Shown here: piece by piece, positions 25,878 to 39,600 of the stretch
Layout of the letters: each line of letters begins with the position of its first letter
Numbering within the stretch: the stretch's first letter is position 1
Assembly: GCA_035221665.1 (NCBI GenBank)
Contig: CM069174.1
Span: 9,424,001-9,488,000, forward strand
From: Okamejei kenojei
Lineage: Eukaryota
Length of the DNA stretch: 64,000 bases
Reading direction: 5' to 3'
Notes under the pieces: model-generated
What the model saw: the letters and a program-made list of their open reading frames with translations, nothing else
Databases searched by the model: none
What the model was told of the DNA's origin: nothing
Translations under genes and position numbers: made by a program

Positions 25878-26147
25878 AGTGGCGCAGCGGTAGAGTTGCT
25901 GCCTCACAGCGCCAGAGACCCGGGTTCGATCTTGACTACGGGTGCTGTCTGTACGGAGTTTGTACGTTCTCCCCGTGACCTCGTCAGTTTTCTCCGGGTG
26001 CTACAGTTTGCTCCAACACTCCAAAGACGTACAGTTTTGTAGGTTGATTGGCTTTGGTAATCATTGCAAATTGTCCCTTGTGCGTAGGATGGTGTTAATA
26101 TGTGGGGATCGCTGGTTGGTTCCACACTGTATCTCCAAACTAAACTG
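25878..26147 (+). mobile_element. V-SINE (HE1-like)
   Basis: gtggcgcagcggtagagttgctgcctcacagcgccagagacccgggttcgatc head plus V-domain. Confidence 0.88.
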
Positions 26148-28417
26148 AAGAGAAAATGATAAAGGGAGAACCCTCAGACCATTCGGCCCATCAAGTCTAC
26201 TCCGCCATTCAATCATGGCTGATTTATCTCTCCCTCATTAATCCCATTCTCCTGCCTTCTCCCCATAACCTCCGACACCTGTACTAATCAAGAAGTACTT
26301 GATTAGTTGAACTTGAACTCATCCAAGCTCTGCTTCCCGGGTCCCATCTCACATCAACACTTTTGTCCATCACCCCCCCCCCCCCCCCCCCCCCCCCCGT
26401 GCTTGTTGCATTCCAGTTACGCAATGTCTTGATTATAAAATTCTCATCCTTGTTTTCAAATCCTGCCAAAGCCCAGAATCCAGAATCTTACTCCACCCTG
26501 CCACCGTAACATCAATCAAAACTGCAACTCCCCGAGTTCTCTGTGCTCCTTCAATTCTGCTCTTTTGTGCATCATTGATGATAAATCGTTCCACCGTCGC
26601 TAATATCCAGCAGACTCTCTCCAAGTCAGCACCTCTACCTTTTTTCCCCCCCAAGGCATCCCTTCAAGCAATTCCTTTCAACCAAGCTCTGGTCATTTCC
26701 CATTACACCTTATGAAGCGGTCCTGAACTACTAACTACCTCATTGGTGACCATCGGACTATCCTTGATCGGACTTTGCTGGCTGCTCCTTGCACTAAACG
26801 TTATTCCCTTATCATGTGTCTATACACTGTAAATGGCTCAATTGTAATCATGTGTTGTCTTTCCGCTAACTGGATAGCAAGCAACAAAAGATTTTCACTG
26901 TACCTGGGTACACGTGACAGTAAACTAAACTGAGCCTCTAAAGAAAATCAAATCATTACACTAATATAGATCTCATTGCAGTGTTTTTACTTTAATTGGA
27001 CAATGCAAATACAAGGAACAGAGATCTTTCAGTATATAATATGCAATAAAGTAGTGAGTGCTATTTGTTTTGACAAAATTCTGAAATTTTGAACGTCCAA
27101 ATCAAATATTTCACAGCAATTTGAATGGAATTCATAATGATGTTACTGTGTGCTAAAGTCTTTATGCGACTTAGATTAATCCAGCAACAAGCAGTGAGGA
27201 TTGTCAGGTGATCCTGTCAAACAAGCTGGCTGTGATTTGAATTATTTCAACAAAACGCAACACAATCCCCATTAAGTTTCACAAACAAGGAACAAAAAGA
27301 GAAAAAAGTAAAACCGGGGAAATATTTGGATTATAAGAAGTCTCATTTGTAATTGGTCGGAAGTCCAGGTGTGGTCACCAGGAAAGAGACGGACTATTTG
27401 AAACCAGGGAACAATAACTTCACTTATGGCTGATCTGTCAGAATTATGCATTTTGTTATAGTAACAGCTATGAATATTAATTTCGGCAGTGGTAACTGAA
27501 CAGAATTGAAAGTATTAAAAATACAAAAATGATTTAAAAACCGGATCCATTTATACTGTCCCACAGTACCGGTGGCACTACCTAAGTGCTGTGGGTGCTT
27601 GTAATCTTCTGGGGTTGACTAACCGAAAAAGTAGAAAAAGGCCCAGAATAATTGAGGAAAGAAATTATTCTCTCCGTGCTTCTTTGGTGATCAAGCCTAG
27701 TCTTGGAGATGAAGGCTTCAGTTAGCAGTCAAGGGACAGGCAAGTGGCACAATATATTAACTACAACCAGATTGTCATTGCCTTAAAATATTTATCTTTT
27801 CTATTCCTCTCTAAACTCCTGTAATGCAAGATGCGGTACAGGCCGGAGGGGCCTCTTGGTATCTTTGCCAGGCACCCATTCTCCACCGAGAGACTGGCTA
27901 TCAGCTGATGATTTGGCCAAGGACGATGTTATAGCTGAGCCCCTATCCATCATCTGACATTGAGACAGCAGCCGTATGCAGCAGACAAACCAGCAGCTAG
28001 ATTGCTGGTTCACATTCCCACCCATATCCCAGGGATGCTGAGATCAAAGGTTACATCTCAGACAGAAGCTTCTAATGAATTGCAAGGTATTCTGCAATGT
28101 GTTCACGCACAGCTATCAAGATATAGTACTTTGTATCTAAACCCTTACACTTGTCGAGGCTCACCAATACTTGTTTAGTGAACAGTTAAGTAACTTGTGT
28201 CTTCCTGTCTTTCGGAGATTGCATTTGTTTTGACTAGGAGGCCAAACCATTGTAAGTACCAATTTTGAATAAATTTGACCTCTTCAGTTCAAATACTATA
28301 TACTGTAGATACATGTTGTTTGTTACCTCCAAATTCTGTTTGTGGCAAGACTAGGAAGTGGAGAAATCCTGCAACGTCACAGTTTACATGAGTGTAGAAT
28401 AAAGTAAAGAGGAAAGT

Positions 28418-28694
28418 TCAAATACAAGAGGGCGTAGCTTTAAGGTGAGGGGCAAAGTTTAAAGGAGATGTGCGGGGCAAGTTTTTTTTACCGAGAGGGT
28501 GGCGAGTGCCTGCAACGTGCCACTGGGGGTGGTGTTGGAGGCAGATACAACAGTGGCATTTAAGAGGTGTGGATATGCAGGGAATGGAGGGATAGGCATT
28601 ATGAGCATGGCAGATTAGAGCTGGTCTTGGCATCATGTTCAGCACAGACAATGCGGGCCAAAGGGCCTGTCCATGTGGCGTCCTGTTCTATGTT
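28418..28694 (+). mobile_element. CR1-type LINE 3' fragment
   Basis: acaagagggcgtagctttaaggtgag...gagagggtggcgagtgcctgcaac...gggccaaagggcctgt. Confidence 0.75.
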
Positions 28695-29057
28695 CATCCC
28701 TCGTTGCTCATGAGATAGTTGTGGTTCTCCTTCAACTGCTCCAATCCTTGAAGTGAAGTGTCTCTGATGGTGTTTGTGGGCAGGATTCCTAGCAATAACG
28801 AAAGAATGACAACATACAGTAGCTCCAAGATAGTAACAGAAAAGCTTGGTGATATGCTGCAGATACAGGACCACATCTACAAAGGGAGAAACAGAGTTTA
28901 CACGCATCTCAAACCGACACGTTAATTCTGTTTCTCTCTTCACAGCTGCGGCCTGACCTGCTGAGTGACTCCAGAATTTCCTGCTTTCGTTTCAAATTTC
29001 CTGCATCGCCAGCAACATACAATCTGCTGGAGGAACATAGCAGGTTGAACAGTATCT

Positions 29058-29088
<31 letters not shown>

Positions 29089-30275
29089 GGGGAGGGGAGA
29101 TTGGTTGGCATTTCAGGTTGAAACCCTGCATCAGGACTGAAAGTGGAGATTGCCAGTCTAAAGAAGAGGGGGTGGTGAAAGGGCGAGACATGAGACAGAG
29201 CGTGAGGTGATGGAGAGGTGAAAGGTGCCGGGTAGATGGGGCCAGGGAGGGAGGGAGCAGGGGTGGAGTTGAAAGATGGAGGCAGGTGGGCGACGGATCG
29301 AGGCAGACAGAAGAGGAAAGCTATATCAAAGATAAGCACCAAAAAAACAACAGTGCTTGAACCTCACCTCAAAAAATCGAATCCCAGTCCCTGAAGCCCT
29401 CGGTGCTGCCACTGACCTGGTTCTGCTCTCTTGGCACTGGTCCAGAAACACATTCAGCATTGCTTGGAGCATGCCCTCTATTTCCTGGTTTTCCAGGCTG
29501 CTTTCCTCTCAGAGCTATCCCCGGATCTTATCAGCATACTAATGTTTCTTCATGAGATATAATTGAATCTTGAAACTGCACTGATATACTGGTGCATCAA
29601 TGTTTAATATTATTCATTGCCAAATATGAGGAATACATTGATTTTCAGATCCACTAAATGCTGGTAAAATATTGGAGTACCAATCAGCATCTCTCAATAT
29701 TATTCACTGTCACCTTCAGACTGTTAACATTGATGAAGCAGATAAAGAAATAGATTTTTATTTGACCTTTTTATGTAGATATTTCCAGCAACTCATGAAA
29801 TCCTCCCGTAATCAGAATGTCAGAATGTTATAAGATTTACAAAGTTGGCGAGCAAAGGCCAAACCCATGAATCGGCAGTAATAAAGATTATGGGAACAAT
29901 TCCATTGGGTCTGAAGTAAGTCTCCCTACTCTATCCTCTGTTCCTGCTCAGTCTTCCCCACGAAAACTGCAGGGCAGAGCTGACAGAAGGAATGCGTAGG
30001 AAGGAACAGCAGATGCTGGTTTAAACTGAAGATAGGCACAAAAAAATTGGGGTAATTCAGCGGGACAAGCAGCACCTCTGGAGAGAAGGAATGGGTGACG
30101 TTTTCGAGTCGAGACCCTCCTTCAGTCTGAAAAAGGTTGGCTTGGACAGGGTGGGCTGAATGACGATCTCTTTAACAGGAATGTTGACGGTATTGTGGGA
30201 GGCTGCTACTGGTCACAACACAGAATGACACCACGTGCAAGTGACACAAAGAAATGATCACATTTCATTTTGGGG

Positions 30276-30492
30276 CGGTCACGGTGGCACAGCGGTAGAG
30301 TTGCTGCCTTCCAGCAAAATGCAGCGCCAGAGACCCGGGTTCGATCCCGACTACGGGTGCTGTCTGTATGGAGTTTGTACGTTCTCCCCGTGATCTGCGT
30401 GGGTTTTCTCCGAGATCTTCGGTTTCCTTCCACACTCCAAAGACGTACAGGTTTGTAGGTTAATTGGCTGAATAAAAATGTAAAATTGTCCA
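30276..30492 (+). mobile_element. V-SINE (HE1-like), 3'-truncated
   Basis: tRNA-like head and V-domain as in the other copies. Confidence 0.85.
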
Positions 30493-31699
30493 AGTTGACG
30501 ATATGCAGAGTACTGCCCTGCCGACTACAAAATTCAGAAGGTTCAGAAGGTTCACATTTCCAATTAAGTCGTCAGCAAATACTAAAGAAAATCTCAGTCA
30601 ATGAAATAAATCCATAAGTTCAAGGAGCTGAATGAGGCCATTCAGCCCATCAGGTCTACCCCACCATTCAATCATGGCTGATCTATCTTTCCCTCACATC
30701 CCCATTCTCCTGCCTTCTCCCCGTAACCCCTGACACCTGTGGCATCAAGTATCTGTCAATCTCTGCCTTAAAAATATCCACTGACTTGTCCTCCACAGCC
30801 GTCTGTGGCAAGGACTTCCATAGATTCACCACCCTTAAAATATCATAACTGGAATTGTTTTTGTCAACGTCTATCTAAGTTTCTAAAGAACTGATTTACA
30901 CATGCAACCAATCATTCCAAGTATCTTTTATTCTGCTGTTTGGATAAATAAACCTTTTAACAAGAGTCGATAACTTGGCATCCAGAAAAGCAGTTGGACA
31001 ACGAGGTTTTAAAGCCCCACCACGCATTGCTGGTTTTCCCTGCTTTCCCTCGGATATCTGTTCCAGCCACAGATCTTTGTAAAGAGCAGAATGACTAATT
31101 AGGCTGGCTTGCTTCAGGCTGCAAGCAATTTTTTTTTCCAGGCTCTCAAATCTGATAATGCTGTGCTGCTTATGTTAATATTAATGGTACACTTCAATCC
31201 CTGTTTTCTTGTGTTGGCATACAAAAAAATGAATCTGTGGACTCATAAAAGTTACTCAGCTATAACAGAAACAAAAAAAATAATGGAAATTCATAGCACA
31301 GTTGGATAGGTATTTCTTATGGATGTTCTACTCCATGCTATTATCGTGACGATGAGCAGTAGCAGAACAGAATGAAGCCCAGGGGAGTCAGGCACTAGTC
31401 AAGGACGAAGTCTTTAAAATTATGTAGGGATTTGGAAGAGTAGCTGTGGAGAAATGTTTCCTTGTGTGAGGGAATCCAAAACCAAGAGCCATAACCATGT
31501 TGCTTGGAAATTCAGTAAGGAATTAGGAGAAGCCTCTTAGAGTCATACAGCACGGAAACAGGCCCTTCAGCCCACTGAGCCCGTGCTGACCATCACTCAT
31601 TCACACAAGAATCATGCAGTTGTTCAGCACAGAAGCAGGCCCTTGGGCCAAAGCCACTCATGCCGACCAACATGTCCCATCTACACCAGTCTCACCTGC

Positions 31700-31999
31700 C
31701 CGACAAAGAACAATCCAACCAAGACCTCAACGGTGGAACAGGCGGAGGATGCTAGCTGACCTTAGTGGAGCGTCACAACGGCTGGGAAGGCGGATGAAGG
31801 CTGCAGCAGAAAAGGGTCTCCGGTCGTCTTGGACTCCATGCCACTGGATCCTGAACCAGATCTGACAAGGTGGGTGTCTGTGCACCAGTCTCCCCACGTT
31901 ATACAAAGTCACACACTGGCGTCCTCCATATAGGGAATAGCACACTGGAGACACCCATGGTCAGCCATGAACGAAGGGGGCCTAAGAAGAAGAAGAAGA
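31700..31999 (+). mobile_element. GC-rich retroelement fragment with (AAG)n tail (RTE-related, tentative)
   Basis: Interrupts a CR1/SINE tail and ends cctaagaagaagaagaaga. Short-repeat tails are typical of RTE-clade elements; the family assignment is inference. Confidence 0.5.
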
Positions 32000-32109
32000 T
32001 ATATACATACACACACTGGACTTTTTTTTCTCTCTCATTTATTATATTGTTCACTGTGTACCGTGTTTACATATTCTGTTGTGCTACTGCAAATAAGAAT
32101 GTAATTGAT

Positions 32110-32204
32110 CAGTCTGAAGAAGGGTTTCGGCCCGAAACGTTGCCTATCTCCTTCGCTCTGCATGCTGCTGCACCCGCTGAGTTTCTCCAGCTTTTTGTGT
32201 ACCC
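32110..32204 (+). mobile_element. Penelope-derived element with intact hammerhead-like core
   Basis: CTGAAGA-A-GGGT TTCG GCCC-GAAA-CG-TT at 32114-32141; flanked by a duplicated atgtaattg. Confidence 0.7.
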
Positions 32205-33274
32205 CCATGTAATTGTTCTATCTGGATCATATGACAATAAAACACTCTTGACATCGTAGCCACTAACTGTTCCCCGTTATAAATGCTGTTGCATTTTGAG
32301 GAACCCGTATGACTGCCTGACTGCAACAGCTGTTGGCAGTGGGATCTGAAGAGAATGCTTTTCACCGGTTATCTGAAGATTGGCACAAAGCTGTCAGTAG
32401 ACAGCACTGATCCCTGATTCAGCCCCCTGTTTTTTTTTTAAAGCATCAACTCATTTGTATTTCAGTTGTGCTCCCTGTCCCTGCTGTTCAGATAAATTGA
32501 TAGATTCTATTTTACATGGGCTGCGTGTCAGACCATCCTGGGATCTTATTAAAAAGTGCACAGATTTGACTGACGACTCGCATTTCTTCATCTACATCCT
32601 TGCCGGGCAAGTGTCGGAGGAATAACTTTGTAGAATTATTCCACAAAAAAAAATCAATGCACAGGCTTGTCACACACAGGTCAATCGTCCCTGCAAGTAG
32701 GAGGCTCTTACCAACATGTCAATATTTTTCAAATCTGCTGCATAAATCATTTTAGTACAAAATGTGTGGAGCCTTCTGTTTTCTCTTGCATCTGGATTTA
32801 ATCCTTCCTTTCATCTCTATTTGGCTGGACTGAATGCAAATAGGTTCAAATTTTGCCAGGCATGTTTTAAAAACTAACCATCCCCATTTCTTTAAAAGTC
32901 CATTATTTTCTATCCTCCCGGTACTTATCTTCCCAGAATTTTTTGAAAATAATTATCCTTGGTCACAGCGAGAAGTTCAGACAGTTTTTGTTCGCAATCC
33001 ACAGGTATCTGAACTGCTCTTCGATGATCTATTAGTGAGTACACATGGCCTGAAGCAGTGAGGAAGCCAGGCCCACGGCCTCTACACATCGCCTGGCAAA
33101 ATCCACCAGGCCTGATTTAAGATTTGCACAATCATTGTTCTATGCAGCGACCATTTTCAAAATGCTTCTTATGTGGAAACAGTAAAATCCACAGCGAACC
33201 TGCTCTGAGCTTCCAAACGAAGGCATCCACTAGCCCAAAGAAAGTGGTGTCACCCATAATTGCAACTCGTTTTT

Positions 33275-33520
33275 ACAGTTAACAATGCCCTGTTTCCTTT
33301 ATCATCGTTACTTTTTAGCATATATTTCATTCATTTGTTCTATATCTCTCTACATCACCGTCTACATCTCATTTCCCTTTCCCCTGACTCTCAGTCTGAA
33401 GGAGGGTCTCAACCCGAAACGTCACCTATTCCTTTTCTGCAGAGATGCTGCCTGACCCCCCGATTTACTCCAGTTTTTGTGTCCATCTTCGGTTTAAACC
33501 AGCATCTGCAGTTCCTTCCT
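33275..33520 (+). mobile_element. Penelope-derived terminal-repeat fragment
   Basis: Pyrimidine-rich leader, then cagtctgaaggagggtctcaacccgaaacgtcacc...ccagcatctgcagttcc. Confidence 0.7.
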
Positions 33521-34179
33521 GCACTTTGCATCAAACATCTATTTATTCAAAGTAACAACAGCATTAACACACAAATAATTCAGCCAATGCAGAGTTCTCA
33601 AGATGCTGCTATGAGTACACAATACAAACAGACCGAAATCTGTGGACTTTAAGAGTTCTGCAGAGGCCAAGGCATGAATAAATCCTCTCAAATGCTCTGT
33701 AAATGGGGCAGTGATATGTTCTCAATAAATAAACAAGAACTTAGAAGCAAGAGAAAGACACAAAATGCTGGAGTAACTCAGCGGGTAAGGCAGCATCTCT
33801 GGAAAAAAGGAATAGGTGGTGTTTCGGGTCGAGATCCTTCAGACTGAGAGGAATCACTTTTGGGCTGTTCCGACAGAGAACTGTCAGGGACATGAAGAAC
33901 CAAATGGGATTCTTCTGTGCTGCCGTGGCATATTCTCATTCCCAATATGTTTTTTTTTTAAAAACAATCTTCGTGCACCAGATTTATCCGAGGGTGATAA
34001 ATTTGTATTGGGCGCTAGCAAAAATAGTAGCAGTGAATCAGCTTTGCAAAGAGGTCAAGGCAGGCTGTAAAACGGTCAGATGATTCACAGATTTATAATC
34101 TAGAAATGTTATCCTCAGGCAGCTTCACACAAGGACATGGAGGAGAAGGGTCCTTTTGTGCACCTACTGTCATCTGCTT

Positions 34180-34288
34180 TCAGAACACAACGTTAGTACC
34201 TCCACCAATGTAAAGCACTTGGGCCAACGAGAGTTGTTTTTTAAATGTGCTATAGAAATAAAAATGACTTGACTTGATTTGACTTGAC
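34180..34288 (+). mobile_element. L2-type LINE 3' tail
   Basis: ccaatgtaaagcacttgggccaacgagagttg...(gactt)n, matching 40185-40255. Confidence 0.7.
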
Positions 34289-36252
34289 AACTGGAAGGAG
34301 AGTCGGATGTACCCACTCAATCTTTCGTCACCGAGTAACTGGAGGCGCCACGATGGGGAGAAGAATAATATGCCCAGGGTAGGCCCACCCCAAAAAAAAT
34401 AGAAAGAGTCTTCCAGGAGAGACACAATATGCTGGAGTAACACAGCGGGACAGGCAGCATCTCTGGAGAGAAGGAATGGTTACGTTTCGGGTTGGGTCCC
34501 TTCTTCAGACCACAGTGGCGCAGCGGTAGAGTTGCCGCCTTACAGGTTCAATCCTGACTATGGGTGCTGGCCGGCAGTTGATAGGAATGCTCGGTGAACT
34601 TTTGTAACTTTGTCAGTGCCTAAACATGGTGACACTTGAGTATTGCCCAGGTCAGGTCTGCTACATGATTTTACCAGGTTGTATGCAAAACAAAGCATTT
34701 CACAAGTACATGTGACAACAAAGTATTGGATTCATTGAACTACCAAATGCAGCAAATTGTCTTTTGCGCTATCCTATTCGGATGATCATTTGCTCACGAT
34801 CATAGCCATTTTCTTGGAGAAGCATTGGGATGAAATGGTGACAAAGAAATGAGGTAGTGGAGATTGCAAGCTGCCTGGCTGGGTAAAGCATGGTGGAGAA
34901 AATCGGTATGAATGAAAAAGGACTTGATCCTAAGGGTGTATTTAGAAGGCCAGTGGTCAACAAGGTTGTAGCACGTGGATCTGGGGGGTAATATACTGGC
35001 ATTGATTGAGAACTGCTTATAACAGAAAGCAAAGAGTGGAGGAAGAAAAAAAAAAGAAGGGTTATCAGAGGGCCTAGAGCCTGTGCCCCAGCTAGTCACA
35101 GTCTTCCTTACCGATTTAGACGAGGAAATGGAGCAATATTTCCAAGTTTACTGACCATGCAAAACTAGTTGAGTTTGTCAACAGGGAGAAGGATGGAGAA
35201 TGGCCTCAAGGGATTTGCATGAGCTGAGCAGGAAAGAACATGGCAGAGAGAATGCAACGTGGAAAAATGAAAGGCTAGATACACAAAACAGAACAAGGAA
35301 GTATTTTGGAAAAGGGGATAGTTTAGTTTAGTTAGTTTATTGTCACGTGTACCGAGATACAGTGAAAAGCTTTTGTTGCGTGCTATCCAGTCAGCTGAAA
35401 GGCAACACATGATTACAATCGAGCCATTACAGTGTATAGAGACATGATAACGGAATAATGTTTAGTGCAAGGTAAAGCCAGCAAAGTCGATGTTGAGAGA
35501 CCTTTGTGTAATTAGGAACATAAATAGTATATTGGCTTCTATTACAAGAGGACTTGTGTGGACATAATCCTACACAGCCTTGGTGAAGCCACACCTGGGG
35601 TGTTTTGTACAGTTTGAATCTCCTTACCTGATAAGAGAGATGCCTGCTGTAGAGAGTGTGCAATAAAGATTCATCAGATTGATGACCAATATGACAGGTT
35701 TACCATGTGAGGCGCAATAGAGTAGAATTGGCTGAATTCCCCAGATTAGAAGAACGAGCAGTGACCTCATTGAAACAGACAACATTCTTACAGGATGAAG
35801 GGTTACAAGAGGAGCTATGAAATGACTATTAAAAGGTTTTTTACTGCCCCTTAGTGGCACAATCTGAGAGGCACACAACCCGTTACTCTCAATAGAAACA
35901 TTAGCACATTCAGAAGAAAAAGTCTGAAGGTGAAAGAAAGACCGTAAAACTTAAACCAAAAGGAAATCACAAACAGAGGTAAATAGAGCAATGAAAATAT
36001 TAATCTGTTGATGGCAATGTGAGATCAACAACTTTTGTTTTGCGGAAGAGAAATGCACCATTCAATCTGACAGACCCAGGGCAGAGTTTCAGACCCCTCC
36101 TGAATCTCCTTCCACCCTTCTTTATCTCAATTTATCATGTGTTTCTGATACACTTGGTCTGATACACCGAATGGCCTAATTCTGCTCCTATCACTTATGA
36201 CCTTATGACCTTATGATATGCCCTCCAATTTTTCAGTAAACTCATACTATTG

Positions 36253-38981
36253 AATTAAATCAGATACGGGAGAAATATTAACATTACCCAAGGATATTAA
36301 TGATAGATTCTCTCAATACTATCAAACACTTTATTCAACCAAAACGGCAGAGGGCTCTGTAGGAATGGAATTATTTTTACAGAATTGTAACCTTACTGGT
36401 TTAGATTTGAAAGAGAGGGAATTATTATGGGCCGAAATATCAGTAAAAGATATTGAGGAATCTATTAATTCTCTAAAAAATGGAAAGGCCGCTGGACCAG
36501 ATGGTTTTAATAGTGAATTTTATAAAAAATTTCATGATTTGATCTCGCCACGCCTACAGACATTATATACGCAAGCATTCATGCAACAGAAACTCCCAGA
36601 AACCTTAAACGAATCTACTATTATACTTATTCCAAAAACGGATAAGGACCTTGAAGATCCAGGTTCATATAGAGCAATTGCTCTATTAAACATCGATCAG
36701 AAAATGTTAACCAAAATTTTAGATCACAGATTAAGCTTAGTGATTTATAAATTAATACACCCCGATCAAACTGGCTTTATTCCAAAACGTTATTCATATT
36801 ATAATTTGAGACGATTATTCAACATTATATACTCAAATCGAATAGCTAATGAAGACTTAGCAGTCATCTCGCTAGACGCTGAGAAAGCATTCGATCAAAT
36901 TGTATGACCCTATTTATTTTCGGTGATGGAAAAATTTCAATTAGTTGAGAAGTTTTGTACATGGGTTAAGCTTTTATATACCAATCCAACAGCCAGAATA
37001 ATGACAAATCAAATGTTATCTAAAAAAAAATGATTTATCTAAAGGTTGTAGACAAGGATGTCCGTTATCACCATTACTATTTGCTCTTGTTATAGAACCA
37101 CTAGCAGAAATAATTCAAGCTCATCCAGAAATATATGGGTATAATACTAAAAATACAGTTAATAAAATTTCTCTATATGTAGATGATGTATTACTATATA
37201 TTACAAATCCAGAAATTAGTATCCCTAATCTGTTAAATCTTATAACTCAATTTGATTTATTTTCGAGATATAGAATTAACTGGAAGAAGAGTGAGATTAT
37301 GCCAATAATGGAACCTAATGTATACATATTACAACAATCACCTTTTAAAATAGTGAATGAAAAATTTAAATACTTAGGAATCTATGTGACCAAGAAATAT
37401 ACTTCTTTATTTAAATCAAATTTCGTGCCTTTACTTAATAAATTGCATAAGAATATTCAATACTGGAAAACGCTTCCTATTTCAATGCTCGGTAAAATTA
37501 ATGCAATTAAAATGATTTTCCTTCCTCAACTTCTATTCCTCTTCCAATCAATTCTAATATACCTACCTACAAATTTCTTTTAAAAAATTGACTCTATTGT
37601 AACAAGTTTTATTTGGAATTATAAGAATCACAGAATAAGTAAAAAACACTTATGTAAATCTAAGACGAACGGAGGATTAGTCTTACCAAATTTCTTATTT
37701 TATTTCTGGGCAGTCAATGTCAAAAACTTAAATTTCTGGTTGGAAGATATGGATCAACAACCAGATTGGTTAAAGATGGAAAAGGAGGACTGTCTGCCAT
37801 TTGAAATTGATCCGATTCTCCTATCCCCTACAAAATTGAACAAAAAGATCTATAGTGAAAAATCCAATAATACATAGCGGTATTCGAATTTGGAAACAAA
37901 TAAAAAAAACATTAAAATTGGATAATTTATCACTTTCGCTCCCTATTGCAAATAACCCTTAATTTAAGCCTTCGGTATTGGATAAAGGCTTCACACAATG
38001 GAAAAACAATGGAATTAAAAAGATGGGACATCTTTATAGAAATGGTATGTTCCTCTCATTTCTGGAGGTACAACAGAATTATGGATTACATTCAAATATT
38101 TTTTTTAGATATTTACAATTGAAAGATTATGTTAAATCACATACACAAGAATACAGAATTAGAGAGCCAGAGATTCTAGATGAATGTTTGAATAAACATC
38201 CCAACACAGTCAAATTAATATCATATATTTACAATATTCTGTTAGATAGTGAGAATCCGTCGACGGAATCACATAGACAAGCATGGGAAAATGAATTAGT
38301 TCAACCCATAACGAAAGATATTTGGGGTGAAAGCCTACAACATATACATCAATGTTCGTTAAACGCCAGACATTCTTTGATACAATTTAAAATATTACAC
38401 AGATTGTATTATTCTAAAACAAAATTAAACAGAATTTTTCCTAATATCTCTCCTATCTGTGATAAATGTCAATATTCTGAGGCTAATTTAACCCATACCT
38501 TTGTAAATTGCATAAAAATTAAAACATTTTGGGTGGATATTTTTTAAATTATTTCCGTAGTGGTTAATAGTCAACTGGATCCCGATCCTAAATTAATAAT
38601 ATTGGGCATATCTGAACAATACCTAAAACTGACAAAGAAATGTCCTGGATTATAGTATAATAACTGGGAAAAAACTAATATTAAAATTTGGAAAAACCCT
38701 GCATCCCCTACAATTAAAATGTGGATTATGGAGATCTCGGAGACATTAAATCTGGAAAAAATTAGATTTGTCTTAATCGACGAACCTGAATTAGTTATTA
38801 GAATATGGTCCCCGTTCATAGATTATTTGAAGGGGTAGAATGGGCCAGCGCTGAGGCTCGGCGGAAGCTTGAACCCAGGACTAGACGAATAGTTTTGTTT
38901 TCTGTACCTACGGACCTATCTCCTAAGTTGTATTATAAAATTTAAAAAATAGAAAAAAAAAAAAAAATAACATTTAAAAAA
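36253..38981 (+). mobile_element. 5'-truncated L1-clade LINE (ORF2 reverse transcriptase plus CCHC), inactivated, 15-bp TSD
   Basis: Peptides KAAGPDGF, SYRAIALLN, HPDQTGF, SLDAEKAFD, GCRQGCPLSPLLF, LYVDD, KYLGI and CDKC..H....C, broken by stops and frameshifts. A-rich tail; TSD aaactcatactattg at 36238-36252 and 38982-38996. Confidence 0.95.
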
Positions 38982-39600
38982 AAACTCATACTATTGGTTA
39001 TTGTCATAGTGTTATGGAGTCATACAGCATGGAAACAGGCCCTTTGGCCCAACTTGCCCAAGATGCCCGTCTACTCTAGTCTCACCTGCTCACATTTGGC
39101 CCATATCCCTCTAAACTTTGGGTAGACACAAAATGCTGGAGAAACTCAGCAGGTGAGGCAGCATCTATGGAGAGAAGGAATAGGCGACGTTTTGGGTCGA
39201 GACCCTTTTTCAGACTCTAAACCTTTCCTGCGACATTGCAGAGCACTTCCAAGCCTACCAGAAATTATTTAGAAAGCATTTAAATTACTACAGAGTGCAT
39301 ACACTGCTGGCCACAGATGAATGCGTGGGCGACGACATAACTGGGTAGTTCTCAACTCTAAAAAAAAAGCGAATGTGCAAAGGAAATAAAATATTGAACA
39401 CGGCATTTTCTTCCTAATACCTCAATTTATTTTTGTCAGGCTTGCTTGGAGCATTGCTGAAGATTGTAGTGCAATTCTGGAGTTTAGTTGGCAAACTATA
39501 ATTGGTAAAAAAAACATGCAAGGTTCTGGGGTCAGACAGAGTGAACACGACTTGGAGGAAGGAACTGGTTTGTACAAGATGGACACAAAGTGCTGTAGTA

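Noticed and set aside
25878-25945. tRNA gene
   Set aside because: The A/B boxes are a SINE head running straight into the V-domain; there is no complete acceptor stem.
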